Of a stretch of 64,000 nt of DNA, positions 25,471 to 39,049 are shown piece after piece. The first letter of the stretch is position 1, and the number at the start of each line of letters is the position of its first letter. The translations under genes and the position numbers were made by a program. The stretch spans positions 161,882,001 through 161,946,000 of the forward strand of contig NC_082710.1 in assembly GCF_030144855.1 (NCBI RefSeq), read 5' to 3'. The DNA is from Hypanus sabinus (taxonomy: Eukaryota). The notes beneath the pieces were generated by a model. It searched no databases, was not told the DNA's origin, and saw only the letters and a list, made by a program, of their open reading frames with translations.

Positions 25471-28400
25471 GAGATCTCCCAGATCTATTGACAGTTAAGG
25501 GCAAAAGTCTTTGATCTGAAGCATTAACTTTCATGCTCTTTTCACAGATGCTATCAGACCAGTGAAGTATTTCAATAATTTTCTCTACTTTCATTTTAAA
25601 TTTGCAGCATCTGCATTTTTGGTTTTCTCATTTCTGTGATCAAGATTGGCCAGGCAGGTGAATGTTGGAGGCTGAGGTGATGGAAATATGATCTGGTGCT
25701 CTAGTTGCGCAATTGTCGACCCTTGCCCCTAAAAAAACCTCACCTGGTGTGCAGGCTCAGGGCACCGATGTCCCTTTTCACCAGTTTCAGACAGCTCTAA
25801 ATCAGAATCAGAATCAGGCTTAATATCAGTGGCTTCTGTCGTGAAATTTTGTTTTATTTGCAGCAGCAGGACATTGTAATTCATAATAATAGAAAAAATG
25901 TGAATTACATTTATATATATATATATATATATATGTTAAATAAGTGCAGTTTGTGGAAAAATAGAAACAAAAAGTAGTGGGGTAGTGTTCACGGGTTCAA
26001 TGTCCATTGAGAAATCGGATGGCAGAAGGGAAGAGGCTGTTCCTGAATCGCTGAGTGTGAGCCTTCAGGCTTCTGTACTTTCTTTCTGAAGGCAGCAATG
26101 TGAACAAGGCATGTCCTGGGTAGTAGAGGTCCTTAATAATGGATGCTGCCTTTTTGAGGCGTCGCTCCCTGAGGATATCCTGGATGCTATGGAGGCCCGT
26201 GCTCATGATGGAGCTCACTAAGTTTACAACTCTCTGAAGCTTACTTCGATCCTGTGCAGTAGTCCCCCTCCCCCATAGTCAGCTGTTCACCACAGACAGC
26301 CAGGGCCTCGCCAAATTTTTCCTTCAGACAGCTGGGGCCAGCATCTGGAAGCCAGCCCATGTGTGGCAAAGATGTCATGGATTAATGACATCAAGCTGAC
26401 TGTAAACAAAAATGACCAGATTTCCATCAGCCCAATTCCAATCATGGAGGAGACTCTGCAACTCTAGGAAATCAAAACCCACCATCAAGATTATCAAAAG
26501 GGAATTGAACTGAGGATTTAATTGGACAAATTAATGCCGTGTCGCTTCCCACTGGTCTTACTTGATTTGGTTTGCTTGTATGTAGTTGCAAAGCCACCAG
26601 CAATTTTCAAACATTCAGCAAAGAGAAAGAATTCTCAATCAGTATCAGTAGTTTCTCTGTGGGGAAAGATGCACACTCAGTGGCCATTTTAGGAGTGTAC
26701 CTAATAAAGCAGCCACTGAGTGTATATCTGTGGCCTCCAGCGGTTGTAGCACATCAGCTTTGAAGTTCAGAGATACTCTTCTGCACGCCACTGTTGAAAC
26801 GTGAGGTTAGCTGCCTTCCTGTCAGCTTGGACCAGCCTGGACATTCTCCTCTGACCTCTCTCGTTAACAAGGCATTTTCACCCACAGATCTGCTGCTGGC
26901 TGGATGATTTTTGATTTTTGCACCATTCCCGGCATGATACATCCAGGGGATGCTGGAATACTCAAACCACCACCAACACCAACAATCATTCCACGGTTAA
27001 AGTCACTGAGACCACGTTTCTTCACCATTCTGATGTTTGGTCTGAACAACAACTGAGTCTCTGAATCACTTAATAAAGTGGCCATTTCTCTATATCTTCA
27101 TCATAGAGAAATCGCTCCTACTGGTATGGCGGCCTCTGACAATGCTGTGTACCCTTCAATGTCCACCGAAGCAAGGCTGATAAGGTTAAAGTGCCCAGGA
27201 AATGCAAGGCTCTTCAAAGAAAAGTTTACAGCTAAATTCATATGGTTTTGTGAAAAGGAAATCGTGCTTGACCAACGGATTGAGCTTCTTTGAAATAACC
27301 TATGGTGTGACTAAGAGAATTGTGAAATGTGATATGCTTAGATTTTCCACAGAACATTATATAAATATCTGTTTCAAAGGTTATGGTGCACAGCAATGGT
27401 GCACGAGGTGACATACTGGGCCGGATAAAAGATTGGCTATCTAACAGAAAACAGAAAGTGGGCGCAAGATTTTCTCGCTGGCAAGGTGTAATCTTACTAA
27501 AAGTCAAAGAAGTTGCATGGACATCTCCCACTTTTAATGTATATCACCAACTGTTCCGATAGAGAGTGGCTGAGAGACAGAAAAAGGTTTAGATAGCATG
27601 AGAGTAATAAAGGCAGATAATGAAGAGATGAGGAGCGCAGTCAGCTGTTCAGCTGTTTTGATAACAAAGCGGGGGGGGGAGTGAGGTGTGGGCCTGGGAG
27701 GTTCATGATTCTAATTCTGGAGTTTGGATGGTGAGTGAGTAAAAAAGTGGCAGAGAGAGAGGTAAAGGGAGAGCGAGATGGATAGAGAGCAAAATAGAGT
27801 GATAGAGAGGGAGAAATATAAAGATAAACAGTAAGAGAGAAAAAAGATAGAGAGGGAGTGAGGTGTACAGAGAAAAAGAGAGATAGAGAAAGAGTAAGCA
27901 AGAGAGAGGGAGGAAAAGAGGGTCATAGAGATAGAGATATAGGAGAGAGAGAGAGTTTCCAATGGATAGTAAATGGGAAGAGAAACAGAGACTTGTAGAT
28001 CAGTGCGGGATTTGTCGCCGTAGATATCGGTTGAGATATGATATTTGACAGAACTGGGGTGGGTAGACTCAGACCTTTTGTGTTCCTGTTAATGAATGGA
28101 TTCTGCAGTTTGAAGAAGCACAGCCCAAGGATTCCTAGAGTTGCTTAAGATGTTATACTTTATCAAGGAAGGACTTTCCTTTGTGTTCCTGGAAACCCAC
28201 AGCAGAGCTTGGAATAATTTTCTAATTTCAGAAGTCAGGGTCCAGGTATGTAGACACACTGACATGCTCACCAGTGGGAATTCAGCATGATCAGAACATC
28301 AGTGCTGAGGGTATTGTCCTGGGGGTAGATGCTGATGTTAGCTCACCTATCCTGCCTGTTTGTTTGGTGAACTTTGCAGGGGCAATACTTCTCTAGAGCT

Positions 28401-28852
28401 TTGAGTTTGCCCATGCCGCTGAAGAGTAAAGGAGAATAGAACCATTGTTGCTTGGTTGCTCTGCGCTGAGTTTGATACCACGGAAAGCTGGCAGATCCCA
28501 GTGCCCACTATATTTGTGAATATAGAGTCCAGATCACCTCCCTGGTGCAACGATGAGTAGCAGATCGGAAGACCACAGGGATACAGATACCATTAATGCT
28601 TGCAGGCTTTTTCCTGTCAGGTTGAGTGAGACTCAGTCTAGAGGTCATAGGTTTAGGGTGAAAGGTGAAATAATCAATGGGAATCTGCGGGGGAAAGTTA
28701 CACAGAGGGTAGTGTAAGTGTGCAACAAGCTACAAACTAGATGACAGGCCAATAGTTGAATTTAAGAGAAGTTTGGATAGGTACGTGAATGGAATGGGTT
28801 TGGAGTGCTATGGTTCAGGTACAGTTAGTTGGGACAAGGCCGAAGACCATGC

Positions 28853-31029
28853 TGTTATGAGTGATGAACAGACCTGATGGACAAAGGGGTGCGGAGTTAA
28901 CCATTCACAATCCCCCTCCTGAGAACTACAAACTATTGCTGTTGCTATGCTGCTCATGAGAGAGAGATAAAGCCCAGGTGCTGAGGACCCGCCCATCGAT
29001 GCCAAGATTTATCCCGCATGCGCAATCACTCTCAGCATGTCTAGAAAGGCGGCTGAGAAAGGAGACAGTTTAACTGAGTCCAGGGTTGATTTAGCAGAGA
29101 TGTTTTTACCAATCTTGTACCAGGAGAGGTTAGAGGATGGTAAAACGGAGAATAGTGGAGCTAAAGAAAGTAAGGGAGATGAAACAGGTTTAGTGGTGTC
29201 AATGAACGAAATTTCGAACCTGGCTCACAAGATACCCCTAGGTCGACACTTAGGAGTGAGGAAGGAGGTTATGGAGGCACAGAGTAAAGATGAGAAACAG
29301 ATGAGGCAGTTAGAAGGTCCAGGGTTGAACATGGATGATCTGTCTGGCTTGACAGAGCTGTTTGCAGTTGAGGAATTTAAGTGTGTTCCCGATGATATTA
29401 AAGCAGTCCTAGATGAAAAGGATGCTGCTACCTTGAGGGAGTCTGCTGGGTTAGCAGACGAGGTTGTTTTAACCTGCAAGGTTGAGTTTACTCCGAAGGG
29501 GAGTTGCTCAGAGAGTACCTGGGAGGATCAGGGGAACTTAAAATTTGAATAGGGGACTGGTATTGAAAGCCTAGAAGAGGCAGATGTCCCATTTGCTTGT
29601 GTTCAGGATGTGAAGGATGTGGTGTCACAGGATACTGAACCTAGTGTTGAAGCTCAGGAAGAGTCTGAGGTATCTGATTTAGTTGAAACGGAATACAATC
29701 CTTTTGGGTCAGAATGACTTGGTTCAGTGAAGAAAGGGTTAACCTTGGCACCGGGAGAAAGAATTGTTGGCACTTATCTTGGCAATTCAGCATTTTGAGG
29801 TCTACGTCTGTGCAGCACAGAGACCATTAATTGTTTATACTGATCACAACCCTTTGGTATTCTTGGCTAACATGAAAAATAAAAATAGGAGGTTATTAAG
29901 TTGGAGTCTGTTGTTACAGGAATTCGATATTAAAATATAACATGTAAAGGGGAGTGACAATGTAATTGCTGATTGTTTATCTAGATGTTAATTTGAAAGT
30001 GTATCTGTATTATTCTTGTAGTTAAGACCACTTCTGTATTTTGTTAAACTCTGTAATTCAGTAATATGCTTTATTAGGTCATTTTCACTCTGGTGAAAAT
30101 TTCCAGAAGGATGGGGGTGTTATGAGTGATGAACAGACCTGATGGTCAATGGGGTGCAGAGTTAACCATTCCCAACCCCCACCCTCCTGAGAACTATGAA
30201 CTGTTGCTGTTGCTATGCTGCTCATGAGAGAGAGAGATAAAGCCCAGGCAAGAACATTTGCTACTGATAAGAGGCAGAGAGAGACTGTTGATTTACTGTA
30301 TTATGACTCTTCCTGGATTATTTACCCTCCACTACAAGGACTTTACTTAGCTCGTTTACATTCCTCAGGAGACAGCAGGAGTGGCTTGATTTGATGGACA
30401 CGGTCATTCAGGATTGATGGATAGCTGAGTCCCCGTGAGTGGGGATAAAAAGACAGGTCTGGAGAGACACCCTTCAGACACACCAGTGGACACTGACTGA
30501 GTGTTGGGAACCCACAGAAAGGTGGGGGCTTCAGAGACCTAACCAGGAGATCAGTCAGTAAAACTCACAGTGTTACAGCAGGGCCGGTGGGGACGTGTGT
30601 GTGTCCACTCATGCCAGAGTGACAGAAGAACAGTCTTGCTAAAGACCAGAGGGGTCATAACTGAATGACCACAACGATACGATGGATTATGAAAGCAACA
30701 GAAGGTTTGGCTGCTGTAGCTGTTACATCTCGCTCGCTCTCTCTCCCTCTCCAACAATACAACAACCATAACCCCCTCAGCATTTATGAACTGAACTCTA
30801 TACTTTCCTATGACAATTCATTTACTCCTAGACATGGATAGAGCTTGTTTATTATTGACTATTATTATTCCTACACTTTTAGGTTTACTAACTTGTTTTA
30901 TATGTATATTTGCATTTTTGATATTGTATTGTGTAGTTTACTAATAAACACCTTTAGTTTGGTACCACCAGACTCCAATGGAGTCTTCTTTCTCTGCTGG
31001 TCAGACACCCAGTTACGGGGTACGCATCA
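28853..31029 (+). mobile_element. Internally deleted Gypsy LTR retrotransposon, Gmr1-like domain order; 3-prime LTR 30118-31029, truncated 5-prime LTR 28853-28978
   Basis: TG...CA, 4-bp TSD ATGC on both sides, polypurine tract AGAAGGATGGGGG before the 3-prime LTR; RNase H (EKELLALI, YTDHNPL, WSLLLQEFD, NVIADCLSRC*) ends pol just before the LTR. Confidence 0.9.
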
Positions 31030-31161
31030 ATGCTAACATGTATTAGATGGGCTGAAAGGCCTGTTTGGGCTGTAGTACTCTACAACTCTAGGCCATGATA
31101 GTTATTGCTGAAGATGATTTAATAGAGTTGCTGAGATCCAATGTGACCTTGATTTCCACAG

Positions 31162-31244
31162 AGGTCACAGCCAAAGGTCTCCCACAGAATACTTGCTATG
31201 ATGGCAGCCCTGAAAAACCAGAACCTCAGATGCATGGTTCATCA
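31162..31244 (+). CDS. Probable gene A cytoplasmic exon (EVTAKGLPQNTCYDGSPEKPEPQMHGSS)
   Basis: TTGATTTCCACAG acceptor, TCA|GTAAGA donor, open phase 1-to-0 frame in non-repeat sequence. Confidence 0.55.
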
Positions 31245-33708
31245 GTAAGATCTCATTGGGAAGTGGTATCTCTGAAGTGTCTGTGGAAGTCAGCATTCTA
31301 CAACTTGTCCTGTGCACATCCTGAAAACTAAATAACGACTGGAGTGGGAGGGAGAGAAATGAAAGAAATAAAGAAGTTCAAGACAATTTTCTGATCAGGT
31401 GCATCACTCTTCCTAAACTGGCCGTAATTCCATCAGTTACAAATGTTAAAAGAGGACAAATAAATATTCGTGATATTGCTCTCATTGTGTACGATATAAC
31501 TAACTATTGGTTATTGGTTTATTATAGGTATAGGTATTGGTTTACTATTGTTACACGTACAGAGATACAGTGAAAAGTTTTACCTTACCAACAGTCATGC
31601 AGATCATGTACATTGAGGTAGAACAAGGTAAAACAATAACAGTACAAAGTAGACTGGAAAGGCTGAATTAGCTGCCATTTTAATAGCTCAGCACTCTTTG
31701 TGAAAAGTGGGAAGTTGTTGTCCATGCATACTTTATTGTTTTATTGGCAAAAAGAGTCAAGTAACTCATTGCATTGAATGGTGCTGAACACAAGCGTTAT
31801 CTTGTTCCATCACTGGAAATGCACAAGGATTTTAGAGCAAGAGATGCACGGAGATCTGAGTGATCTGCAAATGGCTAACATGCCAGTACACCAAGTCATT
31901 TGGGAAACTGGAGGAACTGAATACAAAATAGGGAAATGTGTTTCAAATGCATTAGGCATTACTGAAATTGAAAACGCTGAATTTTGTACTGGTTTACTGG
32001 GTTGGCTGGTGTATGGGGGATGGTTAGAAAAGCCAGGCTTGTAACCTCTGAGATTTCGAACCTGGAGAGGTGACTTGAATGAAACAAATCCAATCTTAGC
32101 AACGTAGACAAAATGCTGGAGGAACTCAACTGGTCAGGCAACATCTAATAAAAAAAGTACAGTCGACGCTTCGGGCCGAGACCCTTTGGCAGGACGATCT
32201 CGATGGGTCTTGGTAGGATGGAGTCATTAGTGTCTCAAAGCTTTCCAGCACAAAAACAGGATTAATGCAGAGAGGATGTTTCTCCTTGTGGAAGAACCTA
32301 GACTCTGGGATCAGTTCAAAAATCAAGGGGCGTTTGCCTAAGAGAAAAATGAGACAAACGTTTTCCAGTCAGGGCATAATGAGTCTTTCCACCTCGCTTC
32401 CTTAAGGTGCCATTGATTCAGAGTCTTTGAATATGCTTATGGTGCTATAGACTTTGGTGAAAGGCTATCGTGAGCAGATGGAAAGGCAGAGCTAAGATAA
32501 TAAAGCAAAGTTAATTAGCATAATAAGAAATAAATAGCATTGAAAGCTTGAGGGGCCAAATGGCCTATGCCTGATCCTAATTTATATATTCATGTTTATA
32601 CAACAGGTGCAACAGAATCTTCTGGAATATTCCATTTGCAATGGCAAAATATTCCAAGAATGATATGGAGGTGAAATCAAACAAAATTGATGGCAAGTCA
32701 AACTACCAAAAGCTTGGTCAATATAGTATATTTAAGAAGGGTCTCCAAATAGAAACAAACTTAGAACTTCAGAAAAAGTTTAGAGAGGGAATTCCAAAAT
32801 TCCATAAGTTTTAGAATTGCCCTTACGGATTGGAGGATTGCAAACGTGACCAGACTATTTTGGAAAAGAAGAGAGAAAATGGAGAATTGCCAAGCTGTTA
32901 GCCTAAATTTAGTTGGAGAGAAAGTGCTGGAGCCCATAACAAGTGACACACAGAAAATGTTGCAGGAACTCAGTAGGTCAGGCAGCATCAATGGAAGTGA
33001 AGGATTTGTCATGAGGACATTGGAATCTCTGATTCTAATGAAGCGTCTAAGCATGAAACATTAACTATTCATTTCTCTCCGTAGATACTGCCTGATGTGT
33101 TGAGTTCCTCCAGCCTCTTGTGTGTGTTGCTCAGGATTTCCAGCATCTGTAAAATCTCTTACATCATTAACATCTATATTGGGGTTCACTGAGCAACACG
33201 TCTTGTTTTGCTCCAGATCATGTTTTGACTAATGTACTGAATTATAAAGGCTGTGACTAATAGAATAAACAAGGGGGAAATCAATATTTGGATCTTTGGA
33301 GGGCTTTTGATAAGGTCCCACGCATTTGCTGAAGACTTTGGTGACATACTAGGCTCTTCTTGAATATTGAATATTATAATATATTGAATACTGAGGGATG
33401 TGGGGTAGCACCGGAAAATGGAACTGAGGTAAAAGATCTTGGGGAAACGTGGGGCAGACAGGAATGACTAGAGAGCTAATGTCGGCTTCTATTCCTACTG
33501 TCCTTGTGTCCTTATGAGTTCCAGAGCTTAGCGTTAGCAGCTAAAGCTTCGCCCACCAGTGAATTTCTGGAAATGCAAAATAAAATCAGAAATTCTATTG
33601 ATGATAGTTCAACTCTCAAAAAACAAGAAAATTCATTGCATCAAATTTTATTTTTACTAGATTACTCTAACAAAATTTGTGACCTGATCCTTTTTCTTTA
33701 TTTAACAG

Positions 33709-33735
33709 AAGAATCCAACGACAAGCAACCCCACG
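33709..33735 (+). CDS. Probable 27-nt cytoplasmic exon (KNPTTSNPT in phase 0)
   Basis: TTTTTCTTTATTTAACAG acceptor, ACG|GTAATA donor, symmetric length. Confidence 0.55.
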
Positions 33736-34418
33736 GTAATATACTCTGATGTGAACTCATCAGACTATGTAGGAATTACTGGAAAGGCAGATGAGTGGTG
33801 ATACAACAGAAGAAGGCCATTTTCAGAAACTGAGTAATTATTCATAAAATAATGTCAACCTTGTTTGTATGAATTGTTTTTATTTGTTCAAACAAAACGT
33901 GTAGATGTGTTACCTACACACATTAAGGAATAATTGGCCAATGGACAAGAAATTATCTCCTGGTGCTTGTGCTCTGAAGAATGAAATTTCTTGATCAGAT
34001 TAAGGAAAGCGCATTTGAGAGAATTTGTTTCAAGTCTTCAATACATATTGTCAACATATACGTTTGAAAAGGTGTTGCATTCTCATCACTGAAACAAATA
34101 TTTTCTGCCCCTGTGAGTCTCTCTCTACATCTGAGTCTACCTGAACTGAAGCCAATAGTAACCGGAGGGTGAAACTTAATTTGACACTAATTCATGCCAA
34201 GAGATTCATCTTCTACATTTTCCTAGTGTTTGGTCTGACATTACAGTAGTCAATTTCCACTGAGTACACAACAACTTGATTATCGTCTATATTGTAATTT
34301 TTCTTGTTTAATTTTCTTTTAACTATGTTTGTATAATCACCCATTTGTCTATAAATGCTCAGTGGATTATCAGTACTTTTTATAGTTTCTTTTTATAGTT
34401 TCTTTTTATAGTTTTCAG

Positions 34419-34457
34419 CAGATCCCATATACAGCCCTGTCCTTCGGTCGAGGCTGA
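34419..34457 (+). CDS. Probable terminal coding exon with ITIM (QIPYTALSFGRG*)
   Basis: Long pyrimidine tract (TTTTTATAGTTTC x3) then CAG acceptor; phase-0 reading gives I-x-Y-x-x-L followed by SF and a stop. Confidence 0.65.
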   Translation, partial: QIPYTALSFGRG

Positions 34458-35889
34458 TTCCTTGCATCGGCAACCACACTGATCCTCTCTCCACACCACT
34501 CAACCCCATACTCACCTAGATACTGTGCAACTATCAGACATTATGAGATTGCCACACTTTTGCAACCTTGCAGTTTGAAAACTGGTAAAATGTTCCCTAT
34601 GCTACAACCACAACTACACATTCTAAAGTATGTCAGCTTCTGTGAAGCACGTTGGGGTATCCTGAGTTCATATAAAGTAAACACAAGCCCTTCTTTCCTT
34701 TGGTTTTATACTTGTGTGCAGTTGTATGCCACGGGACTTGTGCCACTGGGTGCAGGTGCACCAAGCTTTATTAAAGTTCAAAGTAAAATTTGTTATCAGA
34801 GTACATACATGCCATCGCATACAACCCTGAGATTCTTTTCCTGCAGGAGTACTTGGCAAATCTACAGAACAGTAACTGTAAACAGGATCAATGGATGACA
34901 AACTGTGCAATTGCAGATAATAAATAAAATACAATAAATAATGAGCATGAAATAACAAGATAAAAGTGTCCTTAAATGAGTGCAGTTATCCCCTTTTTCT
35001 CAAGAGCCTGATGGTTGAGGGGTAGTAACTGTTCTTGAACCTGGTGGTGCGAGTCCTGAGGCTCTTGTTTGTACCTTCTACCTGATGGCCACAGTGAGAA
35101 AAGAACATGGCCTGGGTGCTGATTGTCTTTGATGAGGGATAATGCTTTTCTGTGGCAACGTTTCATGTAGATGTGGTCAGTGGTTAGAACATAGAACACA
35201 GAAATCTACAGCACATTACAGGCCCTTCGGCCCACAATGTAGTGCTGACCATGTAACCTACTCTGGAAACTGCCTAGAATTTCCTTACCACATAGCCCTC
35301 TATTTTTCTAAGCTCCATATACCTAACTAAGAGTCTCTTAAAAGACCCTATTGTATCCGCCTCCACCATATTCACTGGCAGTGCATTCCATGCACCCACC
35401 ACTCTCTGTATAAAATACTTACCCCTGACATCCCCCTTGTACCTACTTCCAAGCACCTTAAGACTATGTCCCCTTATGTTAACCATTTCAAGCCTGGAAA
35501 GAAGCCTCTGGCTATCCACATGATCAATGCCTCTCTTCTTATACACCTCTATCAGGTCACCTCTCATTCTCTTTTGCTCCAAGGAGTAAAGGCCAAATTC
35601 ACTCATCCAATTCTCAAAAGGCATGCTCTCCAGTCCAGGCAACATCCTCGTAAATCTCCTTTGCACTCTCTCTATAGTACCCACTACAGAGAGTTGGGAA
35701 GACTTTACCCGTGATGCACTGGGCTGAATCCACTAACTTTTGTAGGATTTTCCGCTCAAAGGCACTGGTGTTCCCATCCCAGGCCATAATTCAGCTAGTG
35801 GTTTCTACTTCTCAATCTCCCCCTTCTTAGTCAACCCAGTGGAGTTGGGATGTCATACTGGCATTCCAGTTTGTTTGGTCCAGCGGTCA

Positions 35890-36430
35890 GACAGACAGAC
35901 ATACTTTATTGATCCCGAGAGAAATTGTGTTTCATTACAGCCTCACCTAGAATAGTGAAGAAATATAGCAAGATAAAACCATAAATAATTAAATAATAAT
36001 AAGTTAATCATGCCAAGTAGAAACAAGTCCAGGACAAGCCTATTGGCTCAGGTGTCTGACACTCCGAGGGAGGAGTTGTAAAGTTTGATGGCCACAGGTA
36101 GGAATGACTTCTTATGACTCTCAGTGTTACATCTTGGTGGAATGAGTCTCTGGCTGAATGTACTCCTGTGCCTAACCAGTACATTATAGATTGGATGTGA
36201 GTCATTGTCCAAGATGGCATGCAACTTGGACAGCATCCTCTTTTCAGACACCACCATCAGAGAGCCCAGTTCCACCCCCGCAACATCACTGGCTTTACAA
36301 ATGAGTTTGTTGATTCTGTTGCTGTCAGCTACCCTCAGCCTGCTGCCCCAGCACACAACAGCAAACATGATAGCACTGGCCACCACAGACTCGTAGAACA
36401 TCCTCAGCATCGTCCGGCAGATGTCAGGGT
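35890..36430 (-). mobile_element. Rex1/Babar LINE 3-prime fragment
   Basis: LRMFYESVVASAIMFAVVCWG...SHPIYNVL...SFLPVAIKLYN. Confidence 0.85.
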
Positions 36431-38429
36431 GGGGATCTTCTCCCTATAGATGCTGCCTGGCCTACTGTGTTCCACCAGCATTTTGTGTGTGTTGTTGTTT
36501 CAGTGTAAGTTACTTGGTTTCATACACATGAGGACCATAATTAGTGTGTGGGGAGGCTGGGGTGCAGAATGGCCCGTTTCTGTGGCTCTATGGTTCCACC
36601 TGGATGGTGATTGGAATGGGGTAGAGGGGTGCTAGTTTGTGAGGTGATTATCTCCTTCTGCCACTCACACAGGGCATATGTGTTCTTCCAGTGAATGGTC
36701 TTGGGGCCCTCATGGAGGCATTGAACACTACAAGCACAGAAACAGGCCATTTGGCTCATCTAGTTTGTGCTGATCTATTATTCCACCTAGTCCCATCAAC
36801 CTGCACCAGACCCTGGCCCCCATACACCCTCCATCCATGTACCTAATCAAATTTCATTTAAATGCTGAAATCAAACCCAAATCCATCACTTGCACTGGCA
36901 GCTCATTCCACACTTGCATGACACCCCGAGTGAAAAAGTTCTCCCTCAAGACCCCCTTAAACATTTCACCTTTCACCCTTAACCCATGACATCTAGTTCT
37001 AGTCTCAGTCAACCTCAGTGAAAACAGCCACTTTCCCTTTACTTTACCTATACCTTCCACAATTCTGTATGCCTCTGTCAACTCTCCCCTCATCCTCCCA
37101 CTCTCCTAATCTATTCAGTCTTTCCCTATAACTCAGGTTCTCAAGTTCTGACAACATCCTTGTAAATTTTCTCTGTGCTCTTCTCAAATGCTTTCTGGTT
37201 TCCCATATTTCCTTATGATGTAGAAGAGGCCATTCAGTCCATTCACTCCATGCAATAACCCCTTTCCCTAGTTACTTCCTCTGTGATCTATTCCCCTCAC
37301 ATTCCCACCATCCACATGGCCCAGGCTCTACTCACCATTGCTAATTACCTGCACATGGGTCCTAGTGCCCTTCCCTTGGACAACATCGGTGGTGTGGAGA
37401 GGGGAGACTTGCAGCTTGGGCAACTGCCAGTCTTCCATAAAATATCCTTGCCCAGGCTTGTGCCCTGGAAACTCTCCAAGGTGCAAATCCATGGTCTATC
37501 GAGACTAAAGGAGGCCTACATACCTGCAGACTACACTTTCTCTGTAGCCACTTCATACTGCACCTGTTATTGTTTCAGCTTGTTCCACCTCAGTGCACCA
37601 TGCAATGATCTGCAAGATAAGCTTTTCACTGGATGTTGGTACATGAGAAACTGATAAACCAATTCCAGCTCATTAAATACCCAAAAGGCCAGGTGGTGGG
37701 AGCAAGTTCAAAGTAATTTTATTATCAAGGTACGTATATGTCACCATATACAACCCTGAGATTCATTTTCTTGTGGGCATTCTCAATAAATCCATAATAG
37801 AATAATAACCATAACAGAATCAATGGAAAAAAACACCGACCAGTGTGTATTTGCACAGCCGTTAAACTGTGCAAATACAAATACAAATAAATGATAATAA
37901 TAAATAAATCAGCAATAAATGTCAAGAGAATGAGGTGGAGAGGCCTTGAAAGTGAGCCCATAGGTTGTGGGAACATTTCAGTGATGAAGTGAAGTTGAGT
38001 GAAGTTATCCCATTTGGCTCAAGGGCCTGATTGCTGAGGGGTAATAACTGTTCCTGAACTTGTTGGTGTGAGTCCTGAGGCTCCTGTACCTTCTATGTGG
38101 GATTCAGCCTTTCTTATTGCCCTCACTCCATTATGCTGCCGTAAGGAGTTTGCAAGTTCTCCCCCTGACCACGTGATTTCTTCTGGGTGCTCTGGTTTAA
38201 TCCCACGTTACAAAGACCCTCAGGGACAGTTCTTTAGTTGTGGGCATGCTGCCTTGGCACTGGAAATGAGGCTGCACTTGTGGGCTGCCCAAGGATAATC
38301 CTCGCAGATTTGATTTGACACAAACAATGCATTTCACTGTATCTTTTGACGTACACATGACAAATAAAGCTGATCTTGATAAAGCTGATCTCTTTATCGG
38401 AACACTGATTTGTGCAGACTTGCTGGTCT

Positions 38430-38700
38430 TCCCAGTGTGGGGAGCTCCCACGTATGAACGCTGCAGATTGACAAGGCGCAGGCTGCAGGAGTCCGTGCTG
38501 AGGGATGCACTGAAGTTCAAGTGCAGCCACAGCAGAGGCTTTGTGAGGAAGGGCCACAGTTCAGGGCTTTGCTGCCACGGACACAGAGGGGCCAGGTCCT
38601 TGTAAAACCCTCTCAGAAGCACTTTGGTGAAGGAAGTATTCTGAGTAGCATTGACATATTGAAAGAAATGCATTGAACTGATGCTTCAACAAACGTAAGG
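38430..38700 (+). mobile_element. Tx1-like LINE 3-prime fragment
   Basis: CRLTRRRLQESVLRDALK motif. Confidence 0.6.
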
Positions 38701-39049
38701 CAAGATGTATAATGAATGCAATTATTTGATATGTTTATTACTACCATCAGGGAGGAGGAACGGGGTGGGGGAGGGGGTCTGAAGGCACACACTCAACATT
38801 TTAGTAACAGCATTTTTCTCTCCACCATCAGATTTCTGAATGGACTATGAACCAGCCCATAAACACTTCTGTTGGAATCGGTTGTTCTTTAAGTTTTTAA
38901 TAAGGTATAAATTGAATTAATGAGTTTTTATCAAGACTGAATTTTGAGTTTCCCTAACGTATAACTTGTATTTTTCACAATATTTGGTGTGAGACTCCAC
39001 CTACTGGTGGCAAAATGATATAAGAGTTACATAGCGTTTTATCATCTCC

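Noticed and set aside
27107-27293. Candidate exon with a YPSM motif
   Set aside because: It would enter in phase 2, incompatible with neighbouring gene A exons, and abuts a MITE end.
29037-29552. 171-aa acidic ORF as a host gene
   Set aside because: It lies between the LTRs and corresponds to a Gypsy pol linker.
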